From Eledone cirrhosa (Eukaryota), in the NCBI GenBank assembly GCA_964016885.1, contig OZ024750.1, forward strand, positions 30,442,001 to 30,506,000: a stretch of 64,000 nucleotides of DNA, read 5' to 3'. The first letter of the stretch is position 1, and the number at the start of each line of letters is the position of its first letter. A program made the position numbers and the translations under genes. The notes beneath the pieces are model-generated. The model was given only the letters and a program-made list of their open reading frames with translations, had not been told where the DNA came from and ran no database searches. Shown here piece after piece: positions 26,688 to 40,300 of this stretch.

Positions 26688-26755
26688 CAAAAAAAAAAAA
26701 AAAAAAAAAAAAGAAGATAAATTGAATAGAGGTAGAATATATATCACAATTTAAT
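26688..26755 (-). terminator. Candidate PMPCA polyadenylation region
   Basis: ATTAAA on the minus strand at about 26750-26755, followed about 40 nt later by a long U-tract (A-run on + at about 26688-26712). Confidence 0.35.
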
Positions 26756-26892
26756 AAATCAAAACTGTCTGACTATAAATATCTTTCTTTCTTAGTTATA
26801 TATTGATTGTTGTTGTTTGTTTTAATGAAATGATTAAAGTCAATTTTTAGAAGAGTCACGAGGATTAAACAGAGATATTTTAGCAGAAAGGT

Positions 26893-27062
26893 TTAACGAA
26901 ATATTGAAAATCTCTGTGACATTCGTCCATTTTTAGTTAAAAGAGCTTCCTGAATATCTTCATAACTTGGCAATTTGTTCAGTGAGCCATATGCAGCTAT
27001 TGCTGGTCTACTGGTCAACATCCGAGAAGCTACACGCTGGATATCTTCAGCTGTCACTTTGC
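26893..27062 (-). CDS. PMPCA: PMPCA exon 12 (last coding exon)
   Basis: tttccag acceptor. Encodes [40 protein letters not shown]...FSIFR-stop. Confidence 0.95.
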
Positions 27063-27782
27063 CTGGAAATAATAGAAAATTGTTAAAAACAATGTCACAG
27101 TCAAACACACTTATCTTCATCATCATTATCACTAATTTACATCTATTTTAAATGCTTGTTTGAGTCAGATAGATTGTCGTGTTCTGAGGCCAGATATGTC
27201 AGACGAATGCATCTTGTTCATACATTCCATCATGACATAGTTTCTATGGATGGATGTCCTTTGTGATGCCAACCACATCATGGCATGTAACAGGTTCATT
27301 TTATTGTGGCACTGCTACTACCATATGACAGAGTGGACTGGGTGCTTCTTATCATGACACCAGCAAATACTAGTGAAAACACATTTGAAGGCAGTGTATC
27401 TTGCATTGATATCATTAGTATAATCATCATCATTTAGGGTCCACTTTCCCTACTAGCCAGAGCAGGACCATCATATACTACTGGCCTTTCTATAGGATAT
27501 GGTGGTGCTCCAGCATGGCCTCAGCCAGTCAGCTGGGACAGGCAAAAGAGTAACAGAGTATATAAACTAGAAAGGGATCGACCCTGCCAGGTTTTAAAAT
27601 GTTCACACTCTGTATGTCTTGATGGCACCTCCAAGACACCATCAGGAGTTAAGGCCCTTGAATCAATGGAGATGAATGGATATAGATGTAGAAGGAAATA
27701 AGCAATAACTGCAGCAGGTTGTGTTTCTTGATTTGTGGAGGCAAGTAAATGTTAGAGCAATCGGTGCAAGACTCCACCATCA

Positions 27783-27818
<36 letters not shown>

Positions 27819-28283
27819 ATCATCATCACCGTTTTACGTCCGTTCTTCCACGCTAGCATGGGTTAGACGGGTTGTCCTGTTGTGGGCAGTGTCCGGTCGG
27901 CTGACCTTGCCTTGCTCATACGGGAACTGATTCTGGCTTGATTTCTAGAGCTGGATGCCCTTCCTAACACCAACCTCATTTACAGTGAGTGCTAGGTGCT
28001 TTTTTATCGTGACACCTCCACGACCACTTTGCAGTGGATTGATAGGGACCCCAGTCCTATCATCTCATTTCTACAGCTGAGTAAACTGGAGCAATGTGAA
28101 ATAAAGTGTCTTGCTCAAGGACATAACGCATCACTCGACCGAGAATCAAACTCATAACCTCACGATTGTGAATCCAATTCTCTAACCACTCAGCCATGTA
28201 CTTTTTTCTATATTTGTATATACACGCCTAATGGATTATCTATTTAGACTCCACCATCTTGTGTGTGTATGTGTATATATATG

Positions 28284-28315
<32 letters not shown>

Positions 28316-31300
28316 TGTGTGTGTGTGTGTGTATATATACATTACAGTGTGGATTGGGGGCTTTTTAATGTGGCACCAAAATGACCATCTGACAGGGTGG
28401 ACTGGGTGCTTTTTCCTTTTGCCACCAGGTATATAAATTCAATTCTTTTAAAATCAATTGTTTGATGTTTGAAGACATTGATCTTTGCCTCAAGAAATAT
28501 TGTTTTCTTCCGTTACTTTCTCATCTGTGCTGTTGTATCCTCATTTTTACATTCCTTTGCAGAACAGATCCTGTTCTTTTGTCATGATGCATTTATAATC
28601 CTCTCGCTCCATAGTAAGTAAGGGATGGTGGATATGTAATTGTTCATTGGTAAAATATCTTTTATCTGTCATCATCATCACCCTCACTATTTAACACCTA
28701 TTTTCCATGTTTGCATGGGTTAGATGGCTGTTGCGTGCTTAGGCCAGGCTGGTCAGGTGACTAAGCCCGGCTCATATGCTTTGTTTGATTTCATTTCTAT
28801 GGCCGGATGCCCTTCTTAACACAGACCATTTAACAGAGTGTACTAGGAGCATTTTATCGTGACGACACTGTCACCTGACAGGGCGGTCTTCGTGCTTTTT
28901 GTCATAAGTTCAGCAAAATTTAGTGGATATATGTTTGATAATGATTACAGAAAAAACAGAAGACAATTATTGTAGCTGCTTTAACCCTTTAACATTTAAA
29001 CCAGCCATATCCGGCCAGAATTCCCTCACCCCTTTCTAGTCAAACCAGCTATAACCGGCCACTCATACGAACATTAAGGTATTGTTCTCAAAATAAATAA
29101 TATCAAAATCTCATAGATTCGATTTTATGTGAGATATTATGTGTGATAAAGCCTGTGCCGCGAAAATACAATAGTAAATATAGAGTAATGTAAATGTTAT
29201 GAGATATTATGTGTGATAAAGCCTGTGCCGCGAAAATACAATAGTAAATATAGAGTAATGTAAATGTTATGAGATATTATGTGTGATAAAGCCTGTGCCG
29301 CGAAAATACAATAGTAAATATAGAGTAATGTAAATGTTATGAGATATTATGTGTGATAAAGCCTGTGCCGCGAAAATACAATAGTAAATATAGAGTAATG
29401 TAAATGTTATGAGATATTATGTGTGATAAAGCCTGTGCCGCGAAAATACAATAGTAAATATAGTGTAATGTAAATGTTATGAGATATTATGTGTGATAAA
29501 GCCTGTGCCGCGAAAATACAATAGTAAATATAGAGTAATGTAAATGCGTAAAGGATTAAATGACTGTAAAAAAAAATATAGTAATGGCTGGAGATACAAT
29601 AGGAAACTTGAGGATTCAAGCAACTTTACACAGAATGTTGTCATCAAGGAATTATTAAATTTATTCCACTCTTGGGTCTTGATTAATTGTCCCCTTTGGC
29701 CTATTAATTTTTCAATTTTTTTAAACAATTATTTACAATTTTCTTTAGAAATTAAAAAACATTATACAAAAAAAAACAAAAAAAAGAACATTACAAGAAA
29801 TCTAATACATTATAAAATAAATAGGATGTAAACTAAATGACTACCTCTGGTTTAAAAAAAAAATCAAGGGAGACAACCTCGAAACATCGATTTACCACTC
29901 CACCTCCTACTAACTGGGACCTGAGAGTAAACTCCATTTTCTGACAGGTACTATGTTAGTATGTATATATAGGCTATATATATATAGCCTTAACGTTTCG
30001 GACGCTAGTCCTTCATCAGAAAATAGAATGAGAAATTAAAGAAGAAATAGAAAGATTGAGGAAACGAGGAGTGGCAAAAAGAAAGATATTTTTTAGAGAG
30101 GAAAAACAAAAACCAAAAAAAACCCAGGTCCATTCATGTTGCCATCTCTAACACACATAATTACCAACCAACTGGAATATAAGTTGCTACTTACTGATTT
30201 CGTCATAAAAATGTTGAGGTGGTTTGCGGTGGTCATTTGCTAAAACTTGACGGGCTACATCTTCAAAGACAACTGGCCGAGCTTCTAAATTCATCATCAA
30301 CATGGACTGCAGCTGAGTCTTGGCGCGGTTTAATTCCTCCTAGAAAATACGCAGGCAATTTCAGTTAGGTTGCGAAACAGAACAATGAAGCATTTCTTTT
30401 AAATATACCAAACTAGGGCCATTATAAACTGCAACTAATACACTGTACAAAGTATTAAGAAGAGTGTCCAGTAAAATCAAGGACATGACACCTTCCTTAG
30501 TGCTGGGAGACATGATAAAATACATCTAGTATACTTTGTAAACTGGTATTTGTTAGGAAGGACATTCATCTGTAAAAACCATGCCAAAAGTGTAGAGAGG
30601 ACTTTTTAGTTATGTCACAGACAAAACAACTACCCTAGTACTAGTATCACAATAAAATGCGCCCAGTACATTCTGCAAAGTTGTTGGTGTTAGGAAGGGC
30701 ATCCAGTTGTAGAAGCCATTCAGTCCCTTAACCCAAGCAGAAGGGCAACAACTCTGAATAAAAACAGTCAAACTGTGACAACCTAGTCAACCCATACCAG
30801 AATGGAAAGTGGGTGTAATATAATGGTGATAATCATGATGATGAGAGAATGATAGGTTATTATTTGAGATGATATTTGGTTGCTATTTCTAACAAGACAA
30901 GTGACTATGGTAGAAACTGATACAGAGTGAGAGGACTCTTAAGTCGTGACAGACAGCATCTCTAGTGCTGGTGGCACAATAAATTATACCTAATCCACAT
31001 TGGTGATAGGAAGGGCATACTGACAGAAAACTCTTCAAAGAAAAAAAAAACCCTCATCATTATCATGTCCAACCTTTGTCAGAAGAAAAAGCAGGCATTA
31101 AATGATGATGAGTCTAGTCTGTTAAGTGGTTGACCATAGGAAAGGTATCTATTTGAAGAAACCAAGCCAAATATAGAATGTATGAGTAAGATGCAGTTCT
31201 TTGACCAGTCAAGTCTTGGACTGTGACAGCCTATTCATGTCATGACAGTATGGAAAACACAAAGATATACACAGGAGGGGCTTTTGTAATTTTCACCGAT

Positions 31301-34300
31301 CAAATTTTACCGACGAAAAATTGGTCAGTCAAAGATTATTATATATGTAGTAGTAGTATGGCTTAGTGGTTAGAGCACTGAGCTTGCAATCGAAAGGTTG
31401 TGAGTCCGATTCTTGGACCGGTAATGCGTTGTGTTCTTGAGCAAGACACTGTATTTCACGTTGCTCCAGTTTACTCAGCGGTGCCAAGCTGTATCGGCCT
31501 TAGCCTTTCCTTTGGACAACATTGGTGGCATGGAGAGGGGAGACTGATATGCATGGGCGACTGCTGATCTTCATCAAACAACTTGCCTGGACTTGTGCGT
31601 CTAAGGGAAATTTTCTAGGTGCAAATCACATGGTCATTCGTGACTGAAGAGAGTCTTTAAGTAGTAAATATATGCTGAAGGTGGAACTGAACATAAAACC
31701 ACGTGGTTGTGAAGAGAACTTGTTAAACACACAACCAAGGCTGCACTTATTAAGAATGAAAAATGTATAGCAAAATCAGTAGAGGAGCTAGAGAATAAAT
31801 TCTGGCTATGGAAACAGCAGTTGGAATCAAGAGGACTGAGAGTGAACCTAGCTGAGACAAAAGTGTTGATGAGTAGAAAAGAGGACAAAACTCTGATTCT
31901 GTCAATGGCCATGTTCGATATGCAGAAAAGGAACTGGCATAAATTCTATAAAATGTACACAATGCAGATCTTGGGTACACAAGAGATGTAGTGGGATAGC
32001 AGGCAAAATAACAGGTAGGGAGAAATATGTATGCAGTAGATGTACAGGGAAACTTGACAGTAGAAGTCGCATTGATAGACACATTTTTCAAATGCAGGTA
32101 GGTGCTATAGAAGTGGTTGATAGCTTCCGGTACCTAGGTAATCAGATTAGCATGGGAGGGGGTGTTCTGAGGCCATAGTATCTAGAATAAGGATGGGTTG
32201 GAAGAAGTTTAGGGAGCTGCTTTCTCTGCTGACGAAGAAGGGTTTCTCCCTGCGTACAAAAGGCCGGTTATATGAGGCCTATGTGAGGTGCACGATGCTG
32301 CATGGTAATGAGACATGGGCAGCAACTGCAGAGGATATGCAATGGCTGGAGAGAAATGAGGCAAGCTTGCTCCGTTGGATGTGCAATGTCAATGTACGTG
32401 AACGGTCGAGCATGGATGTGTTGAGAGAGATAAATTGTAGTGTGCGGGTATGGACATGTGATGCGCATGGAGGATGTCCGATGGGTGAAGAAGTGCCAAG
32501 AAATGCCAGTTGAAGGAAGACCACGAAAAACATGGGCGGAGGTGGTGAGAGCAGACCTCAGATCGCTGAAGCTCACGGTGGAGATGACGAAGGACCGTGA
32601 CAAGTGGAGAGATGCTGTGCTGAATAGGACCTGTCCCACATTTGCAAGCAGGGAAAAGCGGACGTAAAATGATGATGATGATGATGAAGGTGTAGAGATA
32701 AATGTTCCTTACCTCATTTACTGAGCTGGCTGTGAGAACCATTTCACGAACAATGACTTCAACAACTTGACGTAGCTGGAAATACAGAAAAATATATATT
32801 ATATCACATGTACCAGTAGGTCTGAATAACACTACAGTGAGTGTAGCTATGTCTGAATAACACTACAGTGAGTGTAGCTATGTCTGAATAACACTACAGT
32901 GAGTGTAGCTATGTCTGAATAACACTACAGTGAGTTTAGCTAGGTCTGAATAACACTACAGTGAGTGTAGCTATGTCTGAATAACACTACAGTGAGTGTA
33001 GACATGTCTGAATAACACTACAGTGAGTGTAGACATGTCTGAATAACGCTACAGTGAGTGTAGCTATGTCTGAATAACACTACAGTGAGTGTAGTTAGGT
33101 CTGAATAACACTACAGTGAGTGTAGTTAGGTCTGAATAACACTACAGTGAGTGTAGTTAGGTCTGAATAACACTACAGTGAGTGTAGCTATGTCTGAATA
33201 ACACTACAGTGAGTGTAGCTATGTCTGAATAACACTACAGTGAGTGTAGCTATGTTTGAATAACACTATAGTGAGTGTAGCTAGGTCTGAATAACACTAC
33301 AGTGAGTGTAGCTAGGTCTGAATAACACTACAGTGAGTGTAGCTAGGTCTAAATAACACTACAGTGAGTGTAGCTAGGTCTGAATAACACTACAGTGAGT
33401 GTAGCTAGGTCTGAATAACACTACAGTGAGTGTAGCTAGGTCTGAATAACACTACGTAGAAACAATTATTATTTGAAAAACTCAGATTACACTTATTGTA
33501 TTCAGCCATGTAGAGCGATAAACTATTTGTTAGTTATATACATATATACTCTTTTGAATCTATAGAAAGAATGTATTTGTATAACAGTCTTACTTGTGAT
33601 GGATGTGCACTGGCATGAATACAAAACAAGCCGGAGTCATCATAGGCATGGTTATAGGCTGTAGCATTAAACATCCAATGATGCCTATAAAAGAATCATT
33701 TCAAAATATTCTGGTTAACATTTACAACAGTGATTCTGTATGACACAGGGACAGCAATTTAACCCTTTAGCATTTACATTACTATTATATTTTCATGGTA
33801 AAGGCTTTATCTGACACAATATCAAATCTATGAGATGAAAACAATACTTTTATGTCAGTATGAGTGGCCGGTTATAGCCAGTTTGAACAGAAAGAGATGA
33901 GAGATTTCTGGCTGGATACGGCTGGTTTAAATGCTAAAGGGTTAAATATTTTGGAATTTTACATTATATCATTATAATGACCTACACCGCTCATAAAAAA
34001 AATTTGCAACTCACAGCAAAACTGTTTTAGCTGGCCTTCTATGAAATTGCATCTCATTGTGAAGGTGCATGGTTTAGTGGTTAGAGCATTTGGCTTGCAA
34101 TCGAAAGGTTGTGAGTTCAATTCTCAGACCGGGTGATGTGTTGTTTCCTTGAGCAAGACACTTTATTTCACATTACTCCAGGTTACTCAGCTGTAGAAAT
34201 GAGATGATAGGGACTGGGGTCCCTATCATTCCACTGCAAAGTGGTCGTGGAGGTGCCACGGCATAAAAGCACCCAGCTCACACTGTAAAGTGGATGTGTA

Positions 34301-37300
34301 GGCGCCACGGAAAAAAAGCACCCAGCCCACACTGTAAAGTGGACGTGAAGGCGCCATGGAAAAAAAAAAAAAAAAGCACCCAGCACTCACTGTAAATGAG
34401 GTTGGTGTTAGGAAGGGCATCCAGCTGTAGAAATCAAGCCAGAATCAGTTCCCGTATGAGCAAGACAAGGTCTGCCAATTGGACACTGCCCACAACAGGA
34501 CAACCCGTTTAACCCATGCTAGCGTGGAGAAACGGACATAAAACGGTGATGATGATGATGATGATGGTTTACTGGGTGTTCTATCTTCTCACAAAAAGCA
34601 ATGTGAAATAAAATGTCTTGCTCAAGAATGTATCCCACCACCCAGTCCATTTATGGGCATGAGTTCAACATCCCAACTAGTAGGCCACATGTTTTTACTG
34701 TTATATATTTTTTAAACACCAAACAAGATCCTAACCACTAGCCCACATGTCTTCACTGCTATATATCTTTTAAACACAAAACATGGTCCTCATTATGGCA
34801 TGGGTTTGACAGGTTGTCATGGTTTGAGACTGGATGGGTTGGAGATCCTCATCTCGCTTATATGCTTCATTGCTGGCCTGGTTTCTATGAAGCCCTACAA
34901 AACACCAACCACTTTACAGAGTATATAAGGTGTATCTTATCCTGAGACCAGCACTACTATTTTACTCATCACCCAGCGAAATCTCACCACAGTTGTCATA
35001 CACTCATGACACTATACTTATTATCCTTCTTACCCCCCCCCTCCCATAGAGTAGAGAGGGATCTGCAGTTACAACAATGACTAACAACTTCACTAGAGTT
35101 GGAGACATGAAAAATGTACCCAGTAAGGTGTTGGCAATAGGAAGTTCATCAAGCTGTAGAAACTATGCCAAAAAACTTCTTTAGCTGTATCAAGAACATG
35201 ACAACCTCTCCAGTGTTGGTGACATAATAACACATCCAGTACACTCTGAAAGGTGATTGGTGACAAGAAGGTCATCAAGCTGTAAAAACTATGTCAAAAA
35301 TGGAAGATATGACCCTTCAGTTGTGTCAAGAGCATGACAACCTCTTTGGTGCCATGACAAACGCACCCAGTACACTCTGTAAAGTTATTGGTGATAGGCA
35401 GGACATCCATCCACAGAAAGCTTCCTAAACAAAGGGTTAGGGGGAATCTTCTATGATGTTAAAGACACGACAACTTCACTAGTGCTGATGCCATGATAAA
35501 ATGCACTGGGTACACTCTGTAGTGTGTGGAAAGCATGCAAGTGAGATGCAAGTTAATGCGCTGTGTTTGGCACTCAACAGATCTCTTAAGATAAAAATCA
35601 ATGATACTTACTTATTCAAAACATTGAGGTAGAGTCGTGTGTACATGCCTTTCCCTGGGCCACCAGCTGAAAATGATCCTCCACCTCCCATCATCATGTT
35701 CAGCACACAGAAGGCAATAAAGTCATCATCTTTGTGCGAACAGCTCTCCAAACCCAACACAAAATGAGCTAATTCTGGCATTGGCGTTGGTCCTAAACTG
35801 ACATTAGAAAGATCTTTCTCAACCTGAAACAATAAAATAAGACATTTCAAAATCACATCAATATTCTGTGAATGAAATCTAGTAGACAGAAACGTGTAGG
35901 CACCATGGAAAAAAGGCACCCAGCACTCACTGTAAATGAGGTTGATGTTAGGAAGGGCATCCAGCTGAGGAAGGGCATCCAGCTGTAGAAATCAAGCCAG
36001 AATCAGTTCCTGCATGAGCAAGACAAGGTCAGCCGACCGGACACTGCCCACAACAGGACAACCCGTTTAACCCATGCTAGCGTGGAAGAACGGACGTAAA
36101 ACGGTGATGATGATGATGATATATATACTATTGTATTTTAGTGGTAAAGGCTTTATCTCATAGTGTCGAATCTATGAGATTTTGATGTTATTTATTTTGA
36201 GAACAAATTCCTTATCTGTATAAGCAGCCAGTGGCGGCTGGTTTGACCAGAAAGAAGTGAGAGAATTCTGGCTGGATATGACTGGTTTAAATGCTAAAGG
36301 GTTAACCTTCAATACACTGTCAACGATACAGGGTGCCATAAGAGTAATCTCCCCTTAATAGATAATTGTTTCTACCTTTGGCACAAGGCCAGCAATTATC
36401 TCAGCGCATTACTGGTACTTTATTTTATCGACGCCGTAAGGATGAAAGGCAAAGTTAACCTCGGCGAGATTTGAACTCAGAATGGCAAGGGCGGTAACTC
36501 TATGCGTCAAAGCATGGTGTCCAACCCTCTACCAATACTACCAATCCACTCCCCTTTATAGATAATGAAGTATCAAGGGAAACAACTCATAAAAATTACT
36601 AGCATGCTAAAGATTAAACAAGCAATACTAGATTTTATTTCAAGGCAGTGAATTGGCAGAACTGTGTAGGGCATCAGTTTAAAGGCCTCAGCAGTTGTTC
36701 CAGCTCCTTGCACTCTGTGTTCAAATCCCACTGAGGTCAACTGTTTTTCATCCTATCAGGGTTGATAAATAAAGTACCAGTCCAAGGTGGATTGACAGAA
36801 CTGTTAAACAGAATCCTTTGCTCTTAAGGCATTAAATTAAAGGCCTCAACAGTTGGACCATGTGTTTATCTGTGTGTGTTTGTGTTTATTTGTGTGTGTT
36901 TGTTTATGTCTGTCTGTGTGTGTTTGTGTATGTTTGTATGTATCTGTTTGTGTATGTGTGTGTTTGTTTATATCTATATATGTTTATGTATGTCTGTATG
37001 TGTATTTGTGTATGCCTGTATGTATGTATGTGTTTGTGCATATCTATATGTGTTTATGTATGTCTGTATATGTGTTTGTGTATATCTATATATGTGTTTG
37101 TGTATGTCTGTATGTATGTGTTTCTGTATGTCTGTATATGTGTTTGTGTATATCTATATATGTGTTCCTGTATGTCTGTATATGTGTGTTGTGTATATCT
37201 ATATATGTGTTCCTGTATGTCTGTATATGTGTTTGTGTATATCTATATATGTGTTTGTGTATGTCTGTATGTATGTGTATGTCTCTATATATGTGTTTGT

Positions 37301-40300
37301 GTATGTCTGTATGTGTGTTCCTGTATGTCTGTATGTGTGTGTTTGTGTATATCTATATATGTGTTTGTGTATGTCTGTATATGTGTGTTTGTGTATATCT
37401 ATATATGTGTTTGTGTATGTCTGTATGTGTGTGTTCCTGTATGTCTGTATATGTGTGTTTGTGTATGTCTGTATATGTGTGTTCCTGTATGTCTGTATAT
37501 GTGTGTTTGTGTATATATATATATGTGGTTGTGTTTATCTGTATATGTGTGTTTACATTTACCGTTTATTTGTCTTTACCATTTGTTAAAATAACTGTCA
37601 GACCTTGAAACATAAATACTGAGGCGGACAAGGTTGACTAAATCCTTGCACGGTGGTAACCCAACAAGGGGCTGCAGTCAAATGAGTGAAACCAGTAAAA
37701 GAATACAAGAATAAAATAATCAAAAGAATGAGACTTACCTTGACAAGACTTCCAGTGTATTGTGCTAAGGAATAGTCAGCACCATTGGTGGGCTTAATCA
37801 AAGACTTGTCTTCATTCCAAGATGGGGTAACATTGAGGAAATATTCTTCTGCTAAAGATACTAGAGCTTCATGTTCCATACCAACCCCAGCTAGGACCAT
37901 GCGGTCTGGTGTGTGATGATTGTGGAGATATGTATGAAGTAGCTGTTTATCAATAATGTTAACATTTTCACTTGGGCAAATCCTAGGCAGACCTAGAGTA
38001 TTGTTGAGGAAAGCAGCCTGTAAATAGAGATAGTAATATCCAAAATAAGCAACAGTTAGTAAAACAAGGGCACAACAAACTCTCTACCACTGATGGTCTA
38101 TATGGTAAAATGCACCCAGTACACTCTGTAAAGTAGTTGATGATAGGAAGCTTACCAAACAAAGAGTTGAAAGGACATTTTTTTTTTGTGTTAAAGACAT
38201 GATAACCTCTCCAGTGTCGGTCACATGATAAATGCACCAAGTACACTCTGTAAAGTGGTTGGTGATAGGAAGGTTGCCAAACAAAGAGTCGAGAGAACTC
38301 ATCAGTTGTGTCAAAGACATAACTTCTCTAGTGTTGGTGACATAAATGCACCCACTGTACTCTGTAAAATGGTTGATGATAAGAAGAGAATTCAGCCATA
38401 AGAAACCTGCCAAATAAAATGTTGGAAAGACTCTCCAGCTGTGCTAAATACTTGACAACCTCCCTAAAGCTGGTGCCACAATAAAATGCATCTGTGCACC
38501 CTGTAGAATGCAGGAATGTATGTAACCAATTTGCAGGACGCCAGGTTGCCTGAATGTATTCCATCAACTGTTAGGGTTGGTATTAGGGTAAGCTACACTT
38601 ACAGAATGGATATATTCCAACAAGGATTATGGTTAGGGTAAATGTTAGGGCTAGGCTAAGTGTTAGGGTTTGTATTAGGGTAGGCTGCACTTACAGAATG
38701 GATGTATTCCATCAACAGAGGTTCTGGCTCTGGTTTCATATTTAAAGATTCCAGTTCAAAGTTTATCATACACCTTACATCTTCCAACTGAAATAAATAA
38801 TATATAATATTATATATATATATAGTTTCATAGACAGAATAGCACTTATGATGTATTATAAACAGTAACAACACCACCAATAGTGGCATTTATGATATAT
38901 CATAAACAGTAACAAGATCCATAGAGTGGCATTTATGATGTATCATAAACAGTAACAAGATCCATAGAGTGGCATTTATGATGTATCATAAACAGTAACA
39001 AGATCCATAGAGTGGCATTTATGATATATCATAAACAGTAACAAGATCCATAGAGTGGCATTTATGATGTATCATAAACAGTAACAAGATCCATAGAGTG
39101 GCATTTATGATGTATCATAAACAGTAACAACATCCAAACAATGGCATTTATGATGTATCATAAACATCATCCAAACAGTGGAATTTATGATGTATCATAA
39201 ACAGTAACAAGATCCATAGAGTGGCATTTATGATGTATCATAAATAGTAACATCATCCAAACAGTGGTATTTATGATGTATCATAAACAGCAGCACATTT
39301 AACTAACAGAGAATAAAATCATGTTTATTCTCAAGTAAACTTTGTAATCAACAGGTACCAGTTTCAACCCCATTGTTTGACATCTTGGGCAAGGATTACT
39401 TCGGGTCAACTGAAGTCTTTTCAATGAAATTGGGTTGATAGAAACTACGTGAAATAATTTATTTCTATAATGTCACAAACCACATAACACACACACACAT
39501 ATATATATATATATATCAATAAAAGATCAGAGGCCATAAGTATTTCTAACATATTATAAACATACTGTATTTCTTTAGAAATACAAAATTCCAATACATA
39601 TCTGTATACAGCTATGCTGGAAGCTAAATCCTAATTTTATTCTATTATAAGTTGAGCCAACTTATACAGCTTCATATGCAAATGAGATTAATCACCTCAT
39701 TTACACAGACGAGAAAACTGTATATTTTTGCTTGTTTTCAAAGTCCAGCAGTTGCAAGAGCGGAAGGGATCATGCTGACCAGAACCAGTTCAGTTCAAAA
39801 TGCGCATCGACGATTGTCCCCCTTGCGTCTGCTGGACACTGCCAGGTGGCGATAGTCCCTGGAGTTTTTGCATAGCTACGGCTTTCTAAATGTTTATTTA
39901 TAAACACCGTATTTCTTTAGAAATACAAAATTCCTATATATATATATATATATATTATTGTATCAATATATATACAGAATATATATATATAATATAGGTA
40001 ATATTAAATATTATCCAAATACAAATATGAGAATAGCTCAATGTAAAATAACAAGTATATTACAGAGCTGAAATATATATATATATATATATATATAAAT
40101 ATATATACAACATGCAGTCCTAAATAAATGAGGTCGTGTAGGTGTCACGACAAAAAAACACACAGTCCACGCTGTAATGTGGCCGTGTAGGTAACACAGT
40201 AAAAACCTCCCAGTCCACACTGTAAACGTGGTTGGTGTTAGGAAAGGCATCTAGCCGTAGATAACCTGCCAGACAGTCCTATATGAGCAAGACAACCAAT

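Noticed and set aside
30232-30234. GAC codon (Asp) as a possible A-to-I recoding site to Gly
   Set aside because: No evidence without RNA reads, and the position looks variable among homologues.
32817-33456. CRISPR-like 31 bp palindromic repeats
   Set aside because: Units are directly adjacent with no unique spacers, there are no cas genes, and the array lies in a eukaryotic intron.
38570-38685. Interstitial telomere
   Set aside because: Only scattered single TTAGGG hexamers, not a tandem array.
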